The notes beneath the pieces were generated by a model, which saw only the letters and a program-made list of their open reading frames with translations, was not told the DNA's origin and ran no database searches. Both the position numbers and the translations under genes were made by a program. 64,000 nucleotides of DNA from Candidatus Zymogenus saltonus (GTDB taxonomy: Bacteria > Desulfobacterota > Zymogenia > Zymogenales > Zymogenaceae): positions 40,819 to 104,818 of the forward strand of contig JAFGIX010000086.1 in the NCBI GenBank assembly GCA_016929395.1. The letters are read 5' to 3'. Numbering within the stretch: the stretch's first letter is position 1; every line of letters begins with the position of its first letter. This document shows, one piece after another, positions 50,041-58,108 of the stretch.

Positions 50041-50847
50041 TCACTTCTTCTTCGGCGGGGTATAGGGGAGGAACTTCGCCTTGTCATAGAGGAGGTACTT
50101 CATCAGGTTGTACTCCCTCTCCGTCCTCCTGGGGAGGTAGAGCCGATCCTTCAGGCTGAAGAGGGTCAGCCTCTCTTCCTCTTCCTCTTCGTCGAGGTTA
50201 TCGGTTATCTTCATGAAGGCAAGGTTGTTGCCGTAGGATTCATACTCGATGAGAAACGAGTTTAATTTCTTTTGGGATTGTTCGATTCTGATCTTTTCAT
50301 CGAACTGCGGGCCGGTGGCCTCCGTAACGTCCTTTGCGGGAACCCCCGCATACACCCTGTTGTATTTCATGTTATCCGTGACGACGCTTCCGGCAAGGGC
50401 CATCGATCTCTCCTCCGCCTTTATCGGAAGCACGATGCAGTGGTTCGCAAACCATACGTCATCGCCGACTGTAAGGCTCTCCTTTATTGAAAAGCGGCTG
50501 CCGAACGTCCTGTCGCCGAACATCTGGTGGGACAAGAGCTGGCTGTGGGCGCCGATCCCGACGTTGTTTCCGATCTCGACGTTGCCGACCGTATCGATCA
50601 TCGAGAACTCGCCGATAAAGACGTTGTGGCCGATGGTACAGCTGTTGTATCCCCGAATGGCGCTCCCCCGCTCGATCGTCACGTAATCACCCAGCGTCAG
50701 GGCCGGCAGATCGATCAAAACGTCATCCCCGATTGTGCATCCGAAGCCCACATTTATCGCATTTACAAGGGGGCCGAGAGTTATATCCCTTCCGAGCATA
50801 AGCCTGCCCGTGCTCTTTATCCTGTCACCAACGCCCTTAGCCGGCAT
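50041..50847 (-). CDS. Left-handed beta-helix (hexapeptide) acyltransferase with extra acidic/basic C-terminal region
   Basis: 268 aa with repeated [LIV]G..... hexapeptides (IGHNVFIGEFSMIDTVGNVEIGNNVGIG). Confidence 0.75.
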   Translation of the reverse strand: MPAKGVGDRIKSTGRLMLGRDITLGPLVNAINVGFGCTIGDDVLIDLPALTLGDYVTIERGSAIRGYNSCTIGHNVFIGEFSMIDTVGNVEIGNNVGIGAHSQLLSHQMFGDRTFGSRFSIKESLTVGDDVWFANHCIVLPIKAEERSMALAGSVVTDNMKYNRVYAGVPAKDVTEATGPQFDEKIRIEQSQKKLNSFLIEYESYGNNLAFMKITDNLDEEEEEERLTLFSLKDRLYLPRRTEREYNLMKYLLYDKAKFLPYTPPKKK

Positions 50848-51305
50848 CCTTCAACTCCAAAAATACCCGAAGAGGAGCAACACCTTATTGTTTATTATCA
50901 GCGCCATACTGATATAAAGGACGATTTTTCAGCGCTATAAAGTATTCAAAAGGAGTTAATTTCAAAGGACACGGGAATTCTACCATAAAGCGAAAAATCT
51001 TTAAATCTCTTTTCTTGTATTTTGATATTACAAAATTTGGTTTTTTTGTTAAAATCATCGGGTAAAGATATACGATAACGCCAAAATAATCAATGCTAAA
51101 AACGAGGGGAAAATGAAGATCATGCGAAAGACGGACTCGCCAAGATATATGAGGGACGGGATAACTTCCTGCCTTCTCATATCCGAGATAACCAACGACT
51201 CCAGGAATTTGACCACATCCTTGGTGGAGATGGGCCCCGGGGGAAACAGCATATACACAACCACGAAAATGAGCAGCGCTATTTCATACTCAAGGGCGAG
51301 GAACA

Positions 51306-51485
51306 ATGACCGTCGACAATGAGGAGAAAAGGGTTGTTGAAGGGGATTGCATACTTATACCGTCAAATGAACCCCACAGTCTCATAAAAGACGGCAAGGC
51401 GGTTCTGATTTATTACAGCGCCGCTTCGCCCCCCTTTGAAGGGAAGAAACTCCATGAGCTGTGGCCCATGGAGAGCTCGGGATAG
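51306..51485 (+). pseudogene. Cupin-domain C-terminal fragment
   Basis: 59 aa, below the ORF-track cutoff: MTVDNEEKRVVEGDCILIPSNEPHSLIKDGKAVLIYYSAASPPF.. This contains only cupin motif 2 (G.......P....H). Motif 1 is missing upstream. Confidence 0.4.
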
Positions 51486-51623
51486 AAGGAGCTCAAGACA
51501 ATTCTCCGCCCTTTAACAAAAAGGAAGGAAACGAAACAAATTATTTTGTTGTAGGTCGCCTTTGTGGTATAAGAAATTGAATAAGTGCTTATGGTATCCG
51601 TTACTCAAACTCGGAGATGAGCT

Positions 51624-53567
51624 ATGAACGGTTCAAATTCCCCCCGCATCCTCTATTTAGGTAAAGATGAAAGCCTTTCGAGTTACATAAAAGAAGAGAC
51701 CGCCCGCAAAGAATATCTCTTTGAAAGCGCAAAAAATAGGGATGAGGGCCTATCGACAATAATAGGAAATGTCTTCGACATCGTTGCCGTGGATCACGAT
51801 CTTGAAAACGAGGAGAGCCTCAATCTGATAGAAGACCTCGCCTTCGGTGGAATCCTCCCCCCCACGATCTACTTCGCGCGCAAGGGTACAGAGAGCGCCA
51901 TCGCCCGTGTATTGGAGTTGGGAGTAGAAAACTACATCGTAAAGGACCGCAAACGAAAATATTTAGAGCTTGTTCCGGCCTTAATTGACAATATCTTAAA
52001 AAGGGGAAAGCCCGTAAAGGAAGAGACCCGATCCACGACAAAACCCGCAGACATAAAAAAAGAGGGAGTAAGCCGTATTGAAAAGGAGAGGGAAAGCCGG
52101 GCGGAAAAAGAGAAAACGGCTATTTTGGACAGCCTCTCCGAGATGGTGATGTTCATCGGAAAAGACATGAACGTCATCTGGGCGAATAATGCCGTAGCCG
52201 AGTTCGCAAAAATCACCCAGAGGGAGCTCGTGGGCCACCGTTGTTATCATGTCATATTGAACAACCTCGATCCGTGTGTCGGCTGCCCCATTGTGGAGGC
52301 TCAAAAAACACGCAAATCAAAAGAGGCCGAGATAATCTCCGAAGACGGAAAGGCTTGGTTCGTAAGGGCCTATCCTGTATTGGACGACAACGGCGAGGTT
52401 GAGGGAGTGGTAGAGGTAAAGACGGATATAACGGCACAAAAGGAGTGGGAGGGTATGTTAAAGCAGGCCTCCGGTGAATGGAGGACCACATTTGACTCCA
52501 TAACGGACATGGTCGCGATCATAGGCAAAGACTACAAGTTTATAAAGGTAAACATGGCACTCGCCGATTCCTTCAACATGAAGCCTAAAGAGATTGTCGG
52601 GAAGAAATGTTACGAGCTTCTTCAGGGACATGACGCCCCATGTCAGGACTGTCCCCACGAAGAGGCCATCTTAAACGGAAAGGGGGTACAGATAGACAAA
52701 TACGACGATCGCGTTAAAGCCTATCTTCATATATCCGTGTCCCCTATTTTTGACGATGGTGGCGTTGTAATGGGCTCCGCAATAATCTTTAAAGACATCA
52801 CTCAACAAAAAGAGGCCGAGGAAAGGCTGAACCAATATTCAAAGCACTTCAAACAGATGGTCGGGGGATTGACGAAGGAGCTTAAAGAAGCTCCCGGACT
52901 TCTCGTCGACAAGACGAGAAACACCGTTCTGAGGCAGTTTGCGAGGGGTGTCGGCAACGAGCTTCGCGGGCCATTGGAGATAATTTCGGAAAAGGTATTT
53001 TCCTTGAAAAAGAAAATCTCAAAAGACGATGAGGCCGCCCAGAAGGTCTTGGAGGTGATCACGTCCGAGATAAAAAAGACCGAACAGATAATGCTCCTGC
53101 TCCTCTACTTCGCCAGACCAAAGACACCCGACAAAAAGGAAGTAGAGGTGCATAAACTGGTGCAAAGGGTCCTTGAAAAATACCCGCCTTCGGGTAATGT
53201 CAAGGTAATTACCGATGTTTCGGATAAATTGCCCCGGGTGTTCGTCGATCCCCTTCAAACGGGTCAGGTCATCAACAACCTGATCATAAATGCGGACCAA
53301 TCCATGCCCAACGGGGGGGAACTTAAAATAATCGCCAAATCCAATGACAACGCTATATTGCTATCCATCTCGGATAACGGCCCCGGCATACCTAAAAAGG
53401 ATCTCAAAAAGCTCTTCGATCCCCTCTCCACGACCAGAGCCGGAAAGATGGGGATAGGCCTTGCAATCTCTAAAAATCTCATCGAGTCAAACGGCGGCAG
53501 TATTTCGGTGAGCAGCAAGGAGGGAGAGTACAGCACCTTCACGATTGTTCTGCCCACGAAGGAGTGA
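51624..53567 (+). CDS. Hybrid histidine kinase: REC-like, two Cys-motif PAS domains, HisKA-like, HATPase
   Basis: 647 aa. PAS1 has CYHVILNNLDPCVGCP and PAS2 has CYELLQGHDAPCQDCPH. N-box NLIINADQSMP, DNGPGI, MGIGLAISK. Confidence 0.85.
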   Translation: MNGSNSPRILYLGKDESLSSYIKEETARKEYLFESAKNRDEGLSTIIGNVFDIVAVDHDLENEESLNLIEDLAFGGILPPTIYFARKGTESAIARVLELGVENYIVKDRKRKYLELVPALIDNILKRGKPVKEETRSTTKPADIKKEGVSRIEKERESRAEKEKTAILDSLSEMVMFIGKDMNVIWANNAVAEFAKITQRELVGHRCYHVILNNLDPCVGCPIVEAQKTRKSKEAEIISEDGKAWFVRAYPVLDDNGEVEGVVEVKTDITAQKEWEGMLKQASGEWRTTFDSITDMVAIIGKDYKFIKVNMALADSFNMKPKEIVGKKCYELLQGHDAPCQDCPHEEAILNGKGVQIDKYDDRVKAYLHISVSPIFDDGGVVMGSAIIFKDITQQKEAEERLNQYSKHFKQMVGGLTKELKEAPGLLVDKTRNTVLRQFARGVGNELRGPLEIISEKVFSLKKKISKDDEAAQKVLEVITSEIKKTEQIMLLLLYFARPKTPDKKEVEVHKLVQRVLEKYPPSGNVKVITDVSDKLPRVFVDPLQTGQVINNLIINADQSMPNGGELKIIAKSNDNAILLSISDNGPGIPKKDLKKLFDPLSTTRAGKMGIGLAISKNLIESNGGSISVSSKEGEYSTFTIVLPTKE

Positions 53568-54027
53568 AGTCGAAAAGACCAAGCTTTAAATACTTTTTTT
53601 GAAGGATGATAATCAGGCCGTGATATACTTGGAGGAGACCGGGAAAACAGCCAAAAGAAAATCTTCTTTTGCCAAATTTCAAATGTGATTGAGACATTGC
53701 CGAAAGACCCGGCTTTTAACAGCGTATCTCTGAAAGGGAAGATGCCCATTCGCCGGACTCTGCTGGAAAGGATGGATTCTTAAAAATATTTCTTGGACGA
53801 CACACAATAATGTGATAGAATTCGGCCCCAATGTCGATTGCGGAAAGAACCGATTTGCCCCCTTTGGGACGGAGTTGATCCCTATCAATGATTTGCGAAA
53901 ATAGAAAGGTATAGTATGGCACGAAGAACACGCCATCATCTCGATAAAACAGCGGCCCTCACTCGGGCAGGTTTAGTCTAAAACGGAGGATTTTTTAGAG
54001 AGTAATAAAAAACTGTAGCAATCAAAC

Positions 54028-54103
<76 letters not shown>

Positions 54104-54209
54104 ATGATTTCAAGTACTTACACGTTTTCACTTTTTTACAAAAGCTCCTTGATACCAAAATGATACCAAATAAGGCGCAAAAAAAACGCTAAAAAATCAC
54201 CGTTTTTAG

Positions 54210-55361
54210 TCAAGTAGTCATGCCCTTTTTAAAGGGGATAACAACACCCGTCTCCTTCTGACCCCTAAATCCAACTAAATTGACCGTTTCATCTAAAAAT
54301 CTGGCCGTTACGTTTAAATAAACCTGTGTCGTCTTAATGTCGCTATGTCCTAAAAGTCGCCGTAACGATTCAAGATCAGCCCCGTTCATTAAAAGATGAA
54401 CGGCAAACGTCCGCCGGAGGGAATGCCAACCCCCCTTATCCTCCACTCCGGCCCGTCTTGTAACAATCCTGAAATCTCGATGAAGATTGTTTTTTCGGGG
54501 TTTTCCGTATTTGTTAGCGAAAACCCAAGGCGAAAGTTCAGATTTAGGCCGTAAACGGGAAAGCACTTCAAAGGCCGCCGCATTGAGCTTTATTCTCCTG
54601 ATTTCGTGGTCTTTAGGTTCAAAGGAAAATGTCTCTCCTCCAAAATCCATTGAATATCCCTGAACAAGAATAAATCCACCGTCAAGGTTGACATCGCCCC
54701 ATCGAAGATGCGTCAACTCGCCCAAACGCAAGCCCGTGTTTAATCCAAGGATAACCATGTCGTAAATGTGCATATTTTGAGCCGATGCAAGTATCCTTGA
54801 AATTTCCCCCTCTTCCCAAAAAGTGGGCGATTTTGAGGTTTTTGCCCTTATCAACCTCGGCCTCTCCACAACACCTTTAGGAATTATCTTCAAGCTCTCC
54901 AAAACTGTGATCATTTTCCCTATTCCTGTTAATTTTAGATCCACCGTCCGGGGGGCGAGGCCCTTGTCAAAAAGCCATTCCTTGTATTGATCGTAAATCT
55001 CCGGCGAGAGACTTTTGATTTTCTTTTCGGAAATAAACTCTTGGAAAACCTTCATCGCCTCCGCATGATATTCATACGTCCGTGGCGAATTAGAGTGAAT
55101 CTTTGACCATCTCAAAAACCTTTCGATATAATCGTTCAGGTTCGTTTCAAAAAGAACGTCAAGCCGTCCCGTCTCTTGGAGCTTTGATTTCGCTTTGTAA
55201 AATTCGTCTTTAGCCTCCGATAAAACCGTTGTCTTGACCGCCCATCTTTTACGCTTCCGGTTTTTCAAATTCATGTTTTCAGCTTCTAAATAATAACCTC
55301 CTCTGTACTCGATAAGACGGAGCTTATACCCTGAAAAAACAACCTTTTCAATAGTTGCCAT
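54210..55361 (-). CDS. int: Tyrosine recombinase (phage integrase family)
   Basis: 383 aa. Catalytic-domain blocks LNTGLRLGEL (R), HSLRRTFA (H-x-x-R), LLGHSDIKTTQVY (H..Y). Confidence 0.92.
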   Translation of the reverse strand: MATIEKVVFSGYKLRLIEYRGGYYLEAENMNLKNRKRKRWAVKTTVLSEAKDEFYKAKSKLQETGRLDVLFETNLNDYIERFLRWSKIHSNSPRTYEYHAEAMKVFQEFISEKKIKSLSPEIYDQYKEWLFDKGLAPRTVDLKLTGIGKMITVLESLKIIPKGVVERPRLIRAKTSKSPTFWEEGEISRILASAQNMHIYDMVILGLNTGLRLGELTHLRWGDVNLDGGFILVQGYSMDFGGETFSFEPKDHEIRRIKLNAAAFEVLSRLRPKSELSPWVFANKYGKPRKNNLHRDFRIVTRRAGVEDKGGWHSLRRTFAVHLLMNGADLESLRRLLGHSDIKTTQVYLNVTARFLDETVNLVGFRGQKETGVVIPFKKGMTT

Positions 55362-55568
55362 ACTTTATCACCTCCTTTCTAAAAAACCTTCTTCCTTTTA
55401 TCTACAAAACGATACTCTGTTAACCTCATTAGAAAAATGATCTGTTTACTTTTTCTGCTTTCTTATGTGAAGGCAAGGCAGACGACATATTTGGCTGTTT
55501 TCCCGAAAGAAGCTCCTCGATGGTTACATATATTCCGTTGTGCTTCATCATTTTAGTATTTCGTTCTA

Positions 55569-56375
55569 TTACTCTAATGATACATTTACTACGTGAAAAG
55601 TCATATTATAGCCCACACTAACTGCTTCAATTACTCCTATAAAAACGATATTTTGTCCTTTACTTAACGAAAAATAGTTTAAAGTTGTGTTTTCAGGAAG
55701 ATAGATTTTGGTTATGCTATTTGCATTTTTTAATTCTATCAATACTCCTGATGAAGGTAATTCCTTTTTAGGTGTTGTAAAAGTTCCAGTTAAACCTTCA
55801 GTAAAACCTTCCATAAAAGAACCGACAATAGATTTATTATACTTCTCCACGGATACTACTTCACCTATACCTATGCAATTTTTCCCAACATACATATTTG
55901 CATATTGTTCTTTTTGCACGTTAGTCAAAGAGCCCGTTTTTATTTCAGGCAAAGAGGAAATATGAACATAATCAGGGTGTTGTTTTTTCAAATCACGATA
56001 TTTAGAGTAAATACTAAAGTTGAAGTAGTAATATGCATATGCAGTAACAGCAATTAAAGAAATAATTAGAATCAAAAATAACGTTGTTTTGTTTATATCT
56101 TCAGCCTTATTTTTTGGAGTGATTGTTTTTTCTTTTTCTGTATCAATTCTTTTTTCAGGAGTAGACTCCAATTTTGAGTAATCACCCTTAATGTAGTCCC
56201 ATGTTGTCATTTTAGAATTACTTTGATTTTCTTGATCAATCGGCAAAGGCTTCGTCTTTTTATTAACTACAAAAGATGTTTTGCATTTAGGGCAAGATAC
56301 TTTTTTCCCATCATCTGGTATTAGACTATCAGCTATATTACCTTCAAATCCACAATTATTGCATTTAACTTTCAT
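55569..56375 (-). CDS. MJ0042-type zinc-ribbon / single TM / C-terminal OB-fold-like (tRNA_anti-like) membrane protein
   Basis: 268 aa. MKVKCNNCGFEGNI...VSCPKCKTSFVV zinc ribbon. TM segment TLFLILIISLIAVTAYAYYYF. The C-terminal pattern YANMYVGKNCIGIGEVVSV...SLSKGQNIVFIGVI resembles tRNA_anti-like OB domains, from recall. RBS GAGAGG. Confidence 0.6.
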   Translation of the reverse strand: MKVKCNNCGFEGNIADSLIPDDGKKVSCPKCKTSFVVNKKTKPLPIDQENQSNSKMTTWDYIKGDYSKLESTPEKRIDTEKEKTITPKNKAEDINKTTLFLILIISLIAVTAYAYYYFNFSIYSKYRDLKKQHPDYVHISSLPEIKTGSLTNVQKEQYANMYVGKNCIGIGEVVSVEKYNKSIVGSFMEGFTEGLTGTFTTPKKELPSSGVLIELKNANSITKIYLPENTTLNYFSLSKGQNIVFIGVIEAVSVGYNMTFHVVNVSLE

Positions 56376-56541
56376 AATAACCTCTCAATCGAAATCCAAA
56401 TACTATTTCGATAATTAAAGTCACAATTTAGGGAAAAAACTTTCACCGTTCCTAAATAATGAGGAAGATGAAGAATAATTATGCAAGATTAATGGGACAG
56501 ACTTATCAAACAGATTTATTTGAAGATTAATCGAATAATTC

Positions 56542-57036
56542 TTAAATAAGTTTCAGCTTTTCTAAAGGAATTTTTGGATCAATAGCGGTTTGTTCAATAA
56601 TTCGTTTGGTATCGTCAGAAATTTCTGGTCGCTTCAATGCCTTTTTACTTAATTTCTTTATTGAATCGCATTTAGCAGAACATAGCTTTGCTACGTACCT
56701 AAACCCGTTTTTTGGATCCTCTATTTTCCTTAAGAGTTCATTTTTGACAATACTCTCACAATGTCTAACATCACAAAACGATATTCGTTCTTCAAGATGT
56801 CCACCAACCTTATCTTCCCAATCACTTTGTTTTATTTTTACAGTTAAACATTTCTTGCAAGCATCATAATCAGTAGTAAGGACGTGGAAAAAATAATTTT
56901 CTAAAAAACTATGTCCAGCAAGTTTATATTTTGGTTTTTTTATGCGAGTTGATTTTTCAATTGATTTAGTATCGTAATAAACATTATTCCGAAAAATCGG
57001 CAATAACCCTGTATGTTGGAAAAGCTTACTTTTCAC
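56542..57036 (-). CDS. Unknown 164-aa Cys/His-rich protein, candidate toxin/effector partner of the Panacea-domain gene
   Basis: GTG start immediately after the upstream TGA (TGAGTG), so translation is coupled. Contains CKKC...GGHLEE...CDVRHC...C..C. I see no family match. Confidence 0.55.
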   Translation of the reverse strand: MKSKLFQHTGLLPIFRNNVYYDTKSIEKSTRIKKPKYKLAGHSFLENYFFHVLTTDYDACKKCLTVKIKQSDWEDKVGGHLEERISFCDVRHCESIVKNELLRKIEDPKNGFRYVAKLCSAKCDSIKKLSKKALKRPEISDDTKRIIEQTAIDPKIPLEKLKLI

Positions 57037-57507
57037 TCATTTGGCCGATAAATCTAATACTTGATTTAGACCTTTCTTATTATTTTGTGTAGCTCCTATT
57101 TTTTTCATGGGTTTTGTATTATAAGCTATCTCAACAAGAGCCTTTGCCCCATATCCTGAAAGCGCCTCTAATACTTCATCTAAAATAGCCTGATCTTCTT
57201 CATCTAATTCATCAAAAGAAACGTTCTGTTTATCTTTAAATCTATAGACTATATATTCATCACCTCTTGTAGTATAGTTTGGTTCTTCGACAATGCTATT
57301 CTCCGATAATAATTCTTGAATATAATCATAGATATTTCTATCAAATGGCCCGTGTTTATATCTCAAATATTCAAAATCTGACATTTGCAGATCACGCCTT
57401 TCCATTGATACTAAATCGCTTATATAGGCGAGTTTCATTAAACCAGTAATTGTTGGTGATTGATGGTTTTTTATCAAATAAGCAAGTAGTTGCTTGGTCT
57501 TTTTCAT
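57037..57507 (-). CDS. Panacea (DUF4065, SocA/GepA-like) domain protein, candidate antitoxin
   Basis: Start at ATG 57507 (MKKTKQLLAYL). ITGLMKLAYISDLVSMERRDLQMSDFEYLRYKHGPFDRNIYDYI matches the KLxKLxY...Y..w.yGP....Y signature of DUF4065, from recall. Confidence 0.65.
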   Translation of the reverse strand: MKKTKQLLAYLIKNHQSPTITGLMKLAYISDLVSMERRDLQMSDFEYLRYKHGPFDRNIYDYIQELLSENSIVEEPNYTTRGDEYIVYRFKDKQNVSFDELDEEDQAILDEVLEALSGYGAKALVEIAYNTKPMKKIGATQNNKKGLNQVLDLSAK

Positions 57508-57544
57508 ATAGCAATAACCCCATTTATTAGAATATTCCAATAAA

Positions 57545-57575
57545 ATTATACCATATCTGCATAAGAAAATGTCAA
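57545..57575 (-). promoter_or_regulatory. Near-consensus sigma-70 promoter of the Panacea two-gene unit
   Basis: The minus strand reads TTGACA (57575-57570), a 19-nt spacer ending in TGG, then TATAAT (57550-57545). It lies about 38 nt upstream of ATG 57507. Confidence 0.6.
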
Positions 57576-57651
57576 GAAATATTTTAAATAGTTTATTCAT
57601 GTATTTTATTCATCCCACTACCACTAACTGGTACATTCCATACAGATATAG

Positions 57652-57686
57652 ACTAAAAATTGACCGGGGCCATTACAACCCCGGCC
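57652..57686 (-). terminator. Rho-independent terminator closing the packaging operon
   Basis: The minus strand reads CCGGGG-9 nt loop-CCCCGG followed by TCAATTTTTAG, just after the stop at 57694. Confidence 0.5.
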
Positions 57687-57693
57687 TTGGTTT

Positions 57694-58107
57694 TTACTCT
57701 TCTTTGGTTTCAGGATCGCCCTGATACTTTTCACGCTCTTCAAAGGGCACTTGGCCCCATTTTGAATAAACCTCTTTTAGCCGCCTTCCTTTTTCAATTC
57801 CGGCCTTGACACTTTCGTCATGCTCTCCGCCTATCGAGGCCGAGATAGTTTTAGGCCGATATTCCCTAAAAGCCTTATGGAAAGCCTCCTCTTCCTTCTT
57901 TTTGCGCCGGGCCTCAACGTCAATCCCAAAACGCTTTCGCATGACCTCCTCCGGTGTCATGTTGTGTGTTTCGCTCATTTTTGCAATTACGTTTAAAACG
58001 TATTCTTTGTCAAGCTCCTTAAATCGACACACAATATCGACCGCCTCCATTAACTCCGCCTCTCGCTGCTCTTTGATTTTCTCCAATGCCGTTTCAATTT
58101 CGCCCAT
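57694..58107 (-). CDS. Hypothetical charged/coiled-coil protein
   Basis: Start at ATG 58107 (MGEIETALEKIKEQ), one nt after the upstream stop. 137 aa. No recognisable domain. Confidence 0.5.
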   Translation of the reverse strand: MGEIETALEKIKEQREAELMEAVDIVCRFKELDKEYVLNVIAKMSETHNMTPEEVMRKRFGIDVEARRKKKEEEAFHKAFREYRPKTISASIGGEHDESVKAGIEKGRRLKEVYSKWGQVPFEEREKYQGDPETKEE

Positions 58108-58108
58108 G

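Noticed and set aside
51055-51306. 83-aa hydrophobic minus-strand ORF
   Set aside because: It needs a TTG start, has no RBS and lies in an AT-rich scar. It could be a small membrane protein, but the evidence is insufficient.
53568-54027. Possible small genes or ncRNA between the kinase gene and the tRNA, for example a 20-aa ORF MARRTRHHLDKTAALTRAGLV at about 53916
   Set aside because: It is too short to be evaluated and has no structure or conservation. It is probably the tRNA promoter region and old att-flanking sequence.
55429-55551. 40-aa ORF (MMKHNGIYVTIEELLSGKQPNMSS...) just upstream of int, in the position of an excisionase
   Set aside because: It is too short for a complete excisionase-type HTH and has no convincing RBS. 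It is kept only as a possibility.
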